DNA of 64,000 nt from a virus. The translations under genes were made by a program, and so were the position numbers. Where the stretch lies: the IMG/VR virus record IMGVR_UViG_3300025450_000016; one strand, 5' to 3'. Shown here in pieces: positions 18,534 through 27,547 of this stretch. The notes under the pieces were generated by a model, which saw nothing but the letters and a program-made list of their open reading frames with translations, did no database searches and had not been told where the DNA came from. Numbering within the stretch: the first letter of the stretch is position 1; each line of letters opens with the position of its first letter.

Positions 18534-19562
18534 ATGTATCAATATGCAGAACTCGTCCACTGGATGAGCAATCAAGACACCAAAAAATTATTACCCGCAC
18601 AGGTTGATATAGATTTAACCAACGTATGTAACCAAGATTGTTACTACTGTAATAGTGCTGATTTCAGAGCCGAAAAACCTGTACAGAAAAAATACACAGA
18701 ATATATCGAGTTGTTGGACAAGTTGGCCTCTTGGCGCAGCCATACACCCAACAGTTACGGTACCACTCATACCATTACCTACCCGGGCGGTGGAGAACCC
18801 ACTGTACTAGTCAACTACGAAAAAGTAATTGAACACACCATAGATCTAGGATTCCTGGGCAGTATTACCACCAATGGATCAAATCTGGATCGTTTGTTAG
18901 ACACCATCAGTGTGGACAAACTGCGTAAACTGGCCTGGATTGGTATTGATATCGATGCTGGCAGTCAAGATCTCTATGAAGAAATACGCCGCAGTTTGAC
19001 TAGAGAAAGTCTATTTACAAAAGTGTGTGACAATGCACGTGGCTTAATTGAAGCTGGTGTCAACGTGGATTTTAAATGTTTAATTAACCCGTTGAACGAC
19101 AACAATGCCGCTATGAACGACCTGTTTGGTTTGGTTGCCAAGTTGGGTGGACGTATGTTGTATTTTCGTCCAGTTATTGTTGATGGTGTTGCTCACCCTA
19201 TCACCGAAGAGACCATTGCTAGACTAGAACGCTACAGCCAACAGTATCGATTACCTTACTGGGCCAATCAAAACAAAACCCTGCCACGTAACTACAAAAA
19301 GTGTCATCAAATGTTTCACTTTCCGGTATTTTGTGCTGATGGCAAAATCTACATCTGTTGTGAAGGCAAAGGTAACCCACAGTTTGAATTGACCAATTGG
19401 GATTCAGGTGACTTCCGAGATGATTGGCAAGGCGAACGTCACTATGACATATACAATCGCACACGTGTGGAATTTTGTGCTCCGTGCAGACCCAATATCA
19501 GCAATATCAAGATACAAAATATTTTAAATAACCCCAAAGATATAGAAACACTTTACCTATGA
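18534..19562 (+). CDS. Radical SAM protein with C-terminal SPASM/twitch-like domain
   Basis: CNQDCYYC, GGGEP, C-terminal C...CC...CAPC; TATAAATA at 18469-76 upstream. Confidence 0.85.
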   Translation: MYQYAELVHWMSNQDTKKLLPAQVDIDLTNVCNQDCYYCNSADFRAEKPVQKKYTEYIELLDKLASWRSHTPNSYGTTHTITYPGGGEPTVLVNYEKVIEHTIDLGFLGSITTNGSNLDRLLDTISVDKLRKLAWIGIDIDAGSQDLYEEIRRSLTRESLFTKVCDNARGLIEAGVNVDFKCLINPLNDNNAAMNDLFGLVAKLGGRMLYFRPVIVDGVAHPITEETIARLERYSQQYRLPYWANQNKTLPRNYKKCHQMFHFPVFCADGKIYICCEGKGNPQFELTNWDSGDFRDDWQGERHYDIYNRTRVEFCAPCRPNISNIKIQNILNNPKDIETLYL

Positions 19563-19921
19563 ACATTGTATTCCCCATTATTGAACTGGTAGACCGATTG
19601 GCCATTGCCGAGGTCAAATCAAAGCGTACCAACGGTGCCAACGAGGCCGAACTGGTATGGTATATGAATCAAGCACTCAAAATTGATTTGGATTTGATAG
19701 TAGATGAGTACGAAGCACTCAAAACTATTCACAATGAGATCTGGGAGTTAGAAGCCTTACTCAAAACAGGACGCGAAGATGAATTGAGCCTAGAAGAAAT
19801 TGGCCGACGTGCTATAGCCATCCGTGATCACAACAACAAACGTGTGGCGCTCAAAAATGCAATGGCTGAAAAGTTAAAGTGCTCGGTTAGAGAAATCAAA
19901 CAAGATCATCTAAGCGAATAG
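19559..19921 (+). CDS. DUF6165-like helical protein
   Basis: ELVDRLAIAEVK...IWELE...NNKRVALKN pattern. Confidence 0.5.
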   Translation: MNIVFPIIELVDRLAIAEVKSKRTNGANEAELVWYMNQALKIDLDLIVDEYEALKTIHNEIWELEALLKTGREDELSLEEIGRRAIAIRDHNNKRVALKNAMAEKLKCSVREIKQDHLSE

Positions 19922-20995
19922 TTGATCTAACATAGTTCTTGAGATCTTGCCCGATGCATTGACTGGTATGCGTTCCAGTTGTTCAACTCGTGAAGGATAG
20001 CAGTAAGAACCCAGGCTTTTGAAAAAATCACCAACTTGGCTCACAGCATATGGTCCCACATACACGCATTTGACTGAGTCAGTTCCAAAAACAGCAATAT
20101 CGTCCAGCAATGGCAAGGCACGAGATGCTTGTTGCTCTAAGCTGATGGGATCCAGTTTGAATCCACGCACATTGATTCGGTCTCGGGCTCGTCCCAAGAT
20201 ACTGTAATAGCCATCCTCATCTACTGTTGCTAGATCACCGGTGTCAACCCAACCGCTGTTGCATACAGCCGGACCACGTATCATCAAACGTTCGCCTTCT
20301 ATTTTGGCTTCAATACCTGATACTTGTCCAATAGTACCCATACGTTGTTCGCCGTACAAGGGATTGGTAAAACAATGGCTGCAGCTTTCAGTCATACCAA
20401 ATGCTTCAATTACCGGTACACCAAATGCCTTGATTAAATTTTCGTACAAAGGATTGTATAGTGCTGTACTGGCACTACGCACAAAACGCAAACTGTCAAA
20501 ACTTTGTTTGCTCAGTGTTCGCAATATGTCAGGAATAGCTGTTATAAAAGTGGGATGATACGTGTGCATTGATGCTATTCGATTGATGGGTAAAAAATGT
20601 GTTTCCATATCAACCAGTTTGGATACCCAGTACAGCATTTGTCCGTGGGCGTGATGCAGGCCCATTATGCTGACATATCTGTCGTTGGCTGTGATTGCAT
20701 AATCTGCAATCATTTGACGTGCCACGTGATTGATTTGATCGTGAGTGAATCCGTAAAATTTACTGTCGCCGGTGGTGCCCGATGTGTACCAAAATGCACG
20801 TTCATTGGGATAATTGCCGCCATCGCGTTCGGTGACATTGTCGGCCGTGACCAATAGACTCCAATCACTGTTATCCAACAAATACCGATTTCGCTCGGGC
20901 GTGGCCGTAGGATTCAATACCATTATACTATAGTCTTTTTCATACTGAGGGATCACTTCCCAGGGATTGGGAACACAAATGGCGGCACGTTTCAT
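19910..20995 (-). CDS. AMP-binding adenylate-forming enzyme (acyl-CoA synthetase-like)
   Basis: YTSGTTG, FGMTE, TGDL, GR..D.I...G, SGKI motifs; inverted relative to neighbours. Confidence 0.85.
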   Translation of the reverse strand: MKRAAICVPNPWEVIPQYEKDYSIMVLNPTATPERNRYLLDNSDWSLLVTADNVTERDGGNYPNERAFWYTSGTTGDSKFYGFTHDQINHVARQMIADYAITANDRYVSIMGLHHAHGQMLYWVSKLVDMETHFLPINRIASMHTYHPTFITAIPDILRTLSKQSFDSLRFVRSASTALYNPLYENLIKAFGVPVIEAFGMTESCSHCFTNPLYGEQRMGTIGQVSGIEAKIEGERLMIRGPAVCNSGWVDTGDLATVDEDGYYSILGRARDRINVRGFKLDPISLEQQASRALPLLDDIAVFGTDSVKCVYVGPYAVSQVGDFFKSLGSYCYPSRVEQLERIPVNASGKISRTMLDQLFA

Positions 20996-21067
20996 ATGGT
21001 GAAAAAATATTTGATTTACACGCTTATTTAACTTATAATATGATTCTACTACTACGGATTTGATTTT

Positions 21068-21649
21068 ATGAGCTTTGATACCTTATTTAGATTTGAATCG
21101 GCACTGGCCGAATATACCGGAGCACCTTATGTGGTCCTAACCGACAGCTGCACACACGCACTGGAATTGTGTTTTCGTATACGCCGTGTTCGTTGGTGTC
21201 AACTTCCAGCACGTACATACCTGAGCATACCACAACTGCTGAATCAATTAAACATCAAATATCGAATGACCGACGAGGATTGGACAGGCGAATACTTGTT
21301 TTATGATACCACCATATGGGATAGTGCTCGTAGACTCGAACGTGGAATGTATCGTCCAGGACAAATACAATGTTTGAGTTTTGGGCACGGTAAACCACTC
21401 AGCATTGGCAAAGCTGGCGCCATCTTGTTAGACAACTTTGACGAGTACGAAATATTAAGCCGTATGCGTAGTGATGGTCGAGACTTGCGTATTGTTCCTT
21501 GGCAAGATCAACGGGAATTCCGACAAGGATATCACTATTGTCCCACACTTGAAACTTGCAGTTTGGGTCTAGAAAGATTACCATTAGTGGACGAAAAACC
21601 TAAATATATCCTGTATCCGGACCTGAGAACAATTGACTTCACGGTCTGA
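21068..21649 (+). CDS. Short DegT/DnrJ/EryC1-like PLP-dependent protein
   Basis: FESALAEY...DSCTHALEL, DSA, SFGHGKPL..GKAG; TTGATT-17-TATAAT at 21011-39. Confidence 0.7.
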   Translation: MSFDTLFRFESALAEYTGAPYVVLTDSCTHALELCFRIRRVRWCQLPARTYLSIPQLLNQLNIKYRMTDEDWTGEYLFYDTTIWDSARRLERGMYRPGQIQCLSFGHGKPLSIGKAGAILLDNFDEYEILSRMRSDGRDLRIVPWQDQREFRQGYHYCPTLETCSLGLERLPLVDEKPKYILYPDLRTIDFTV

Positions 21650-21661
21650 ATACTATACAAT
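21633..21661 (+). promoter_or_regulatory. Sigma70 promoter of folE
   Basis: TTGACT-17 nt-TACAAT. Confidence 0.65.
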
Positions 21662-21700
21662 ATCAACAAAGTCATCCACGACACTAACTCGGAGAATTTA

Positions 21701-22480
21701 ATGCCTAAATATGCATCACCAGAAGAACAAAAAATAGCAGATCTCAAATCAACAGCACTAGACGCAATGGCCGGCGACGGCGGATACAAAGAAGCAAACT
21801 TAGCAGATGTTATTCGCTTTACAATGCGGCGTGAAGGTAAACGCTTTTGGGCCGGAGATAACATCAGCGAATATGTTACCGATGATCACAAAGAACAATT
21901 AATCAATGAAGCAACAGCGGCATTTGAGCAAGTATTAGATACGCTACTTATCGATCGCGAAACAGATCCAAATAGTCAAGGCACAGCACGTCGCCTTGCT
22001 AAAATGTACTTTAACGAAATTATGGAGGGCAGATATGCTCCAGCGCCTGATGCAACAGCTTTTCCGAATGATTCAGAAGATAGATATGAGGGCATGCTTG
22101 TGGTTCGCAGTGAACTACGTTCTATGTGTAGTCATCACCACCAGCCTGTTAGTGGTGTCGCTTATATTGGTATTATCGCTGCCAACAAACTTATTGGTCT
22201 TAGTAAGTATACTCGTATTGCTCAGTGGTGTGCTCGTCGTGGTACTCTTCAAGAGGAACTTTGTAATGATATTGCACGAGAAATATCCCGAGCTACCGAT
22301 TCCGATAACATTGGTGTATACATACAAGCTGTCCACGGATGTTGCGAAAACAGAGGAATAATGGCACACAGTAGTCTAACACAGACTACAGTATTAAAAG
22401 GTGCGTTTCAAACTGATCCAGCAACTAAGAAAGAGTTTATGGACAATATTAAACTACAACAGGAGTTTGCTCCGCGATGA
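21701..22480 (+). CDS. folE: GTP cyclohydrolase I
   Basis: TARRLAKMY, SMCSHHHQP, GLSKYTR, LQEEL, HGCCENRG. Confidence 0.95.
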   Translation: MPKYASPEEQKIADLKSTALDAMAGDGGYKEANLADVIRFTMRREGKRFWAGDNISEYVTDDHKEQLINEATAAFEQVLDTLLIDRETDPNSQGTARRLAKMYFNEIMEGRYAPAPDATAFPNDSEDRYEGMLVVRSELRSMCSHHHQPVSGVAYIGIIAANKLIGLSKYTRIAQWCARRGTLQEELCNDIAREISRATDSDNIGVYIQAVHGCCENRGIMAHSSLTQTTVLKGAFQTDPATKKEFMDNIKLQQEFAPR

Positions 22481-22746
22481 AATGGTTAAAACGTAAACTA
22501 AGACGCTGGCTACAGGAAGAAGACTGCTATCCGGTAGAAGTTGCAATAAACACAGGTGCCAGGGCAGTTGACGTGGAAGGTCTTTCATTCAATGTTATGC
22601 CAGCACAGGGCGGAACTGTGGTACAGATTCGTCATTACGATCGCAAAACAGATCGTAATAACAATGTCACACACGTGATTCCCGACGGCGAAGACATTGC
22701 CGAACGTATTGGACAAATTGTCAGTATGGAGATACTAAGATCATGA
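22477..22746 (+). CDS. Hypothetical protein (paralog of next gene)
   Basis: PAQGGTVV...IGQIVSME similar to PATGGHIV...LGKIITMS. Confidence 0.6.
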   Translation: MKWLKRKLRRWLQEEDCYPVEVAINTGARAVDVEGLSFNVMPAQGGTVVQIRHYDRKTDRNNNVTHVIPDGEDIAERIGQIVSMEILRS

Positions 22747-23078
22747 TCCCCAAACAATGGCGTATTCGATTTTTCAACTGGCTGGGTGCAGGCAAATTAA
22801 CATTAACACAAGATCAACCACAGGAATATAAAAACGTGAGTGCATACACAATCGGGGGCGGATTGAATTACAATCCTGGCTCCATCACACTAGGACCACA
22901 AACACAAGGTCCTATCACAGGACAAACACTGACACTTAAAATCACACCAGCTACAGGTGGACACATAGTATCAGTTTCAAACATGAACCAACCAGAAAAT
23001 TTGTATATAATTGCAGACGATGCTGACTTTGATCGTGAGCTGGGCAAGATTATTACTATGAGCAAATTGAAATCATGA
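22743..23078 (+). CDS. Hypothetical protein (paralog of previous gene)
   Basis: Shared C-terminal domain; ATGA coupling. Confidence 0.6.
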   Translation: MIPKQWRIRFFNWLGAGKLTLTQDQPQEYKNVSAYTIGGGLNYNPGSITLGPQTQGPITGQTLTLKITPATGGHIVSVSNMNQPENLYIIADDADFDRELGKIITMSKLKS

Positions 23079-23437
23079 TCGGCAGCATTGGTTCAGGTCC
23101 CAACGGTGGCTACTTGACAGTAAACGGTGGCTACACCAGTCTGCCCTATGTGTCTCCCAATTCAAACAATCCCATGACCGGAATGATTCGAACCAACGGC
23201 GGTCGTTTGGAAGTGTTTGACGGCAACAGCTGGATATCGTTTTCGGGCTCTGCTGCCGAAGTCAGTCTAAATGGTGCGGCTATTGCGGCGCTGGATTGGG
23301 CCAACCGTAAGATGATCGAAGAAGAAAAAATTCGCAGTCTTGCAGATAAAAGTGTAGCAGTAGCAGATGCACTTGCAACTTACGAAAAAGCACGTGAACA
23401 ACTTAATGTAGTAATGACCTTGGCGGACAAAAAATGA
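23075..23437 (+). CDS. Hypothetical protein
   Basis: Coupled ORF; G.IR.N...LEVFDGNSW motif. Confidence 0.55.
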   Translation: MIGSIGSGPNGGYLTVNGGYTSLPYVSPNSNNPMTGMIRTNGGRLEVFDGNSWISFSGSAAEVSLNGAAIAALDWANRKMIEEEKIRSLADKSVAVADALATYEKAREQLNVVMTLADKK

Positions 23438-23664
23438 TAGCACAAACATTAAACACTTTAACAGGCGAAATTTCAGGATTATGGAGCTGGGTTATTGGCA
23501 TTGTTGCCGGTTGGGGGCTAACCCTTACCATTGTGGTTGGAGTTTTGGTCTACGCACACATTCGAATCAATCGACTCAAACGTCGTGTCGAGCAGGTAAA
23601 CAACCAATTGGTAACCGAAACTCGAGACCTTAGTATTAGATTGCGTACTTTAGAAAAACATTGA
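23434..23664 (+). CDS. Small membrane protein
   Basis: One TM helix followed by coiled coil. Confidence 0.55.
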   Translation: MIAQTLNTLTGEISGLWSWVIGIVAGWGLTLTIVVGVLVYAHIRINRLKRRVEQVNNQLVTETRDLSIRLRTLEKH

Positions 23665-23689
23665 CGCAAAAAGATCAATAAAGTAAAAT
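23661..23689 (+). promoter_or_regulatory. Sigma70 promoter
   Basis: TTGACG-17 nt-TAAAAT. Confidence 0.6.
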
Positions 23690-23722
23690 ACAAACTCGTT
23701 TAACTCTTAATTCTTAATCAAA

Positions 23723-24250
23723 ATGAAAAAATTTCTAACAGTATTACTTTTAACATTGTCATCTGTTTCATATGCCGAACAGGGTGATTTGGCTTTGGCA
23801 GTGACCGGTATCAGTGCTCACTTCAGCGAAGGCGGCAATTCAAACAAAAATGCCTACAACTGGGGCGGCGGTTTAAGTTATGAACCGCTGAATCGAGTAA
23901 TTGTTTACGCAGGCGAGCAACGCAACAGTAAATGGCAAGATTCAGTCAAGTACGGTGCGGGATATAGATTTTTTCAGTCGGATAGTTTTTCTGCCACCAT
24001 TGGTGTACAAAATGCCACCGGCTATGGATATGCCAATAAGAATGGTTCCTGGACCAATCAAGATCAACAAAGCGTACAGTTGGCCGGATGCTACAAGATG
24101 TCAGTGTTTGACGGCGAGGAAAGCAAAAAACACAATCCATCATTGTGTGCTACTATGCCCTTGTACTGGACCAACAATGGCAACAGTTCTGGTGGTGCAG
24201 ATAGCGTGATGTTTTATATTCGAGTTCCACTGGTCAACTTGTTGAACTAA
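23723..24250 (+). CDS. Exported protein, possibly PagP-like small outer-membrane beta-barrel
   Basis: Signal peptide MKKFLTVLLLTLSSVSYA; SAHF...N..NWGGGLSY, NS, TGY pattern with amphipathic strands. Confidence 0.45.
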   Translation: MKKFLTVLLLTLSSVSYAEQGDLALAVTGISAHFSEGGNSNKNAYNWGGGLSYEPLNRVIVYAGEQRNSKWQDSVKYGAGYRFFQSDSFSATIGVQNATGYGYANKNGSWTNQDQQSVQLAGCYKMSVFDGEESKKHNPSLCATMPLYWTNNGNSSGGADSVMFYIRVPLVNLLN

Positions 24251-24349
24251 AAAGGACTACTAAATGAAATTTTGGGACATTGTTGGTTTGAGTATTTCAT
24301 TGTTGGTATTAATCGGTTTTATCTACTATCAGATCGGGCATTTTGTTAA

Positions 24350-24886
24350 ATGAGTAAAGTATATTACAAACAATCAACAGTGAACACGTGGATACACGAA
24401 ATTGTTCGTGCTATGCATCAAGACCGCTGGGTTCCAGACTATATAGTGGGTCTTACCCGCGGCGGTCTTGTGCCGGCCACAATGTTAAGTCACTACCTAG
24501 ATGTGCCAATGGAAACACTCAAAGTGAGTCTGCGAGATGGCGGCGAAAACGGATGCGAAAGCAACTTGTGGATGGCCGAAGAAGCATTTGGGCATCGTGA
24601 TTATGATCCAATGTCGGGCGACGATGGCCGTAAGAAAATTTTAATAGTAGACGACATCAACGACACTGGCGCCACGCTGAACTGGATTCAAGAAGATTGG
24701 CCCAGTGGCTGCTTTCCCAATGACCCACGTTGGAAAGATGAAATTTGGGGACACAATGTTCGCACAGCGGTTCTTATCAACAACGAAGCCAGTGATTTCA
24801 AAACTGTAGACTATGTGGGTATGAGTATCAACAAACTCGAGGAACCAATTTGGTGTGTGTTTCCTTGGGAGGAGTGGTGGCATTAA
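24350..24886 (+). CDS. Type I phosphoribosyltransferase (purine PRT-like)
   Basis: VGLTRGGLVPA, LIVDDINDTGAT PRPP loop, W.VFPWE. Confidence 0.88.
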   Translation: MSKVYYKQSTVNTWIHEIVRAMHQDRWVPDYIVGLTRGGLVPATMLSHYLDVPMETLKVSLRDGGENGCESNLWMAEEAFGHRDYDPMSGDDGRKKILIVDDINDTGATLNWIQEDWPSGCFPNDPRWKDEIWGHNVRTAVLINNEASDFKTVDYVGMSINKLEEPIWCVFPWEEWWH

Positions 24887-25248
24887 AAGAGTTTTACCTT
24901 GACGAGTCACTGGATTGGAATGTGTTTTATCATCGCACCTGGAACTCGTATCTTGTCAAAGACACCATAACCGACGAGGATCTTGTACAAGTGCTCAAAG
25001 GCAAAGGTCAATGCAGCATGACCGGCGATGACGACGGACCCGAGTTCAAACAGTTACGAAATCGTCTAGAAGAATTGGGCTATATTCGGTGCCAGAGATC
25101 TTGGTGGAACGGTGATGTTGTGCTCAAACCATTTCGATTAAATGGTGTCGTGTTCAAAAAAGACACACAGTTTTGCAGTGGTGCTGCCATGAAATATCAT
25201 TTGCAATTTGAAAGACGATACAAAGAACAACAAGATGCCAAAGATTAA
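24850..25248 (+). CDS. Hypothetical protein (true start probably a downstream GTG)
   Basis: Fills the gap in the operon. Confidence 0.5.
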   Translation: MVCVSLGGVVALKEFYLDESLDWNVFYHRTWNSYLVKDTITDEDLVQVLKGKGQCSMTGDDDGPEFKQLRNRLEELGYIRCQRSWWNGDVVLKPFRLNGVVFKKDTQFCSGAAMKYHLQFERRYKEQQDAKD

Positions 25249-25840
25249 CATAGTTGCACCAGTGGGTGGATACGGCAATCACGTGAGATGGCTGGTTGCA
25301 CTGGATCCTACATTTACTTTGCGTTTTGACAATGTTGTGTTGACCACGCCCGAAGAAAAAGTAGAGTTTATCAAACAGAACATTTACTTTGCCGGTAGGT
25401 CTTGGCACAATTGGTTGGAGGTAGAATGGCGCTACAGAGATGCAATAAATTCTGTAATAAAATTTGCTCATTCGCACGTGGAAATATCCGGCTCCTTGCC
25501 AACTGTGGTGCTGATTATTGATCCCAATTTGGCCTATAGAAGTTATTTGAAATTCAACAGTAATCTAAATAACAAAGTAAAAACTCAATTTCTCAACGAT
25601 ATCGATGATACCAATCATAAAAATATTGTCTGGGCTGAATCGGGTAACACAGCAAGGGTCCTGAGATCTGACATATTGTTTCAACCGGATCTGCATCAAA
25701 TGTTTTATCAAGATTTAACAAGTTTTTTAGGATTGCAAAATTTATACGATCGGGCCAACCAAATACATCAAATTTGGTACCGCTGTCATCGACAAGCCGA
25801 GCAACAGTTTGTTAACGACATTGCAGCCGTATATAAATAA
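25235..25840 (+). CDS. Hypothetical protein, possibly sulfotransferase/P-loop-like
   Basis: N-terminal APVGGYGNH Gly loop; weak. Confidence 0.4.
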   Translation: MPKINIVAPVGGYGNHVRWLVALDPTFTLRFDNVVLTTPEEKVEFIKQNIYFAGRSWHNWLEVEWRYRDAINSVIKFAHSHVEISGSLPTVVLIIDPNLAYRSYLKFNSNLNNKVKTQFLNDIDDTNHKNIVWAESGNTARVLRSDILFQPDLHQMFYQDLTSFLGLQNLYDRANQIHQIWYRCHRQAEQQFVNDIAAVYK

Positions 25841-25917
25841 TGCTATCAAGCGGCCTTTTCTGGCATTCATCCCGCTTTACAAATTCTGCAAGCCTATGCT
25901 ATAATCTAACATAGGAG
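25832..25917 (+). promoter_or_regulatory. TATAAATA late-type promoter and structured leader of queD
   Basis: TATAAATA 25832-39; AAGCGG 25848-53/CCGCTT 25872-77; CCTATG 25893-98/CATAGG 25910-15 overlaps AGGAG RBS. Confidence 0.5.
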
Positions 25918-25924
25918 AATCACA

Positions 25925-26428
25925 ATGGCAAACCAATCTAGACAATACAAATACACAAGTACCAAAGAGTACCACGACGCATTTCCTTGCGCTTACCGCC
26001 AATGGCGTGCCGACAGTCATTGTAATTTAATTCACGGCTATTCATTTAGTATGAAGTTTTACTTTGGCACAGACAATTTGGATGTACGCAACTGGGCTGC
26101 TGACTACGGCGGCTTAAAAGAACTAAAAGGCATTTTAGAAAGTCAATTTGATCATACGCTGTTAGTAGCAGAAGACGATCCCGAACTTGAAACTTACAAA
26201 TTACTACAAGAAAAGAATCTTGCCAAACTAACTATTCTACCTAAACTAGGTTGCGAAGGTCTGGCAGATCAACTATACAAATATGTTAACGGTGTTTATA
26301 TCCCGGATATGTGGGGTCAAGCAGAAGCAGATAGACTTTGGTGCTATCGCGTGGAAGTTAGAGAAACGCAAAGCAATATGGCATACCGTGAAGGCCATCG
26401 TGAATGGAACGAGGACTTGTTTGCGTGA
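25925..26428 (+). CDS. queD: 6-carboxy-5,6,7,8-tetrahydropterin synthase
   Basis: HCNLIHGYS, DYGGLK, FDHTLL, CEGLA, VRET. Confidence 0.88.
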   Translation: MANQSRQYKYTSTKEYHDAFPCAYRQWRADSHCNLIHGYSFSMKFYFGTDNLDVRNWAADYGGLKELKGILESQFDHTLLVAEDDPELETYKLLQEKNLAKLTILPKLGCEGLADQLYKYVNGVYIPDMWGQAEADRLWCYRVEVRETQSNMAYREGHREWNEDLFA

Positions 26429-26697
26429 ACGCTAAAGTAAACGAAATACTAGACATACTTCAAGAAGAGTGTGCCGAAGTCATACAGGCCATCAGTAAAA
26501 TTCGTCGTTTTGGTATTGACAATTCATACAAAGAAGGCGGCACTCAACGTGAACACTTGATTCAAGAGCTAGGAGATGTTACACTATTAATTGAATTGCT
26601 CAAGTCGCACGGTGTCTATACCGATTCAGAATTGAGAGAAGCACAAGTGAGGAAAAGTCAAAAATTAGTCAAATGGTCAAAGATATATGAAAATTAA
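26425..26697 (+). CDS. MazG-like nucleotide pyrophosphohydrolase
   Basis: QEECAEVIQAISK...ELGDV; GTGA start overlaps queD stop. Confidence 0.8.
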   Translation: MNAKVNEILDILQEECAEVIQAISKIRRFGIDNSYKEGGTQREHLIQELGDVTLLIELLKSHGVYTDSELREAQVRKSQKLVKWSKIYEN

Positions 26698-27547
26698 AGT
26701 CAGCGAAATATTTTACAGTCTACAAGGCGAAGGTCGCTTTGTGGGAGTACCATCTGTATTCTTGAGAACATACGGATGTAACTTTACTTGTAGCGGGTTT
26801 GGATGCAAGCCGGGAGAAAAAAGTACAGGTGCTGATGAAGTTGCCAAAAAAGTAGAACTGTACAAAGACTTCTTGGATTTGCCTTTGGTAGAAACCGGTT
26901 GCGACAGTTATGCAAGTTGGCATCCGGCATTCAAACATTTGTCGCCCACTTACACTACAGATGAGCTGGTAGATCGAATGTTGGCACTAACTCCCAACGG
27001 TCATTGGATGCAAGCCAATGGCAATGATGTGCATTTGGTAATTACCGGTGGCGAACCTTTGTTGGGTTGGCAACGTGCTTATGCAGAATTGTTGAGTCAT
27101 CCTGGTATGAAAGATTTAAAAAATATCACATTTGAGACCAACGGCACTCAAGAACTGCACGAAGATTTTCGTGATTATTTGATTGACTGGGCTGAAGCTG
27201 TACCTGGACGTGAAGTCACGTTTAGCGTCAGTGCCAAACTGAGTGCAAGCGGCGAACTGTGGGAAGATGCCATCAAACCATTGGTTGTCAACATTTATCA
27301 AACATATGGGCACGTGTATCTCAAATTTGTTGTTGAAACTGAAGATCATGTCAACGAAGCTGTTCGAGCTGTAGATGCTTTTCGTGCAGGTGGATTCAAA
27401 GGTACAGTATACCTAATGCCACAGGGCGGTGTTGTTACGCCATATGATGCCAACAAATTAAACATTGCCAATATCTGCTGTGAACGCGGGTTCAATTACA
27501 GCCCTAGATTGCACGTGGATCTTTGGGGTAACGGCTGGGGCAAGTAA
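26687..27547 (+). CDS. queE: 7-carboxy-7-deazaguanine synthase (radical SAM)
   Basis: EIFYSLQGEG..G.PSVFLRTYGCNFTC...CDS, TGGEP, ETNGT, PRLH. Confidence 0.92.
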   Translation: MKIKVSEIFYSLQGEGRFVGVPSVFLRTYGCNFTCSGFGCKPGEKSTGADEVAKKVELYKDFLDLPLVETGCDSYASWHPAFKHLSPTYTTDELVDRMLALTPNGHWMQANGNDVHLVITGGEPLLGWQRAYAELLSHPGMKDLKNITFETNGTQELHEDFRDYLIDWAEAVPGREVTFSVSAKLSASGELWEDAIKPLVVNIYQTYGHVYLKFVVETEDHVNEAVRAVDAFRAGGFKGTVYLMPQGGVVTPYDANKLNIANICCERGFNYSPRLHVDLWGNGWGK

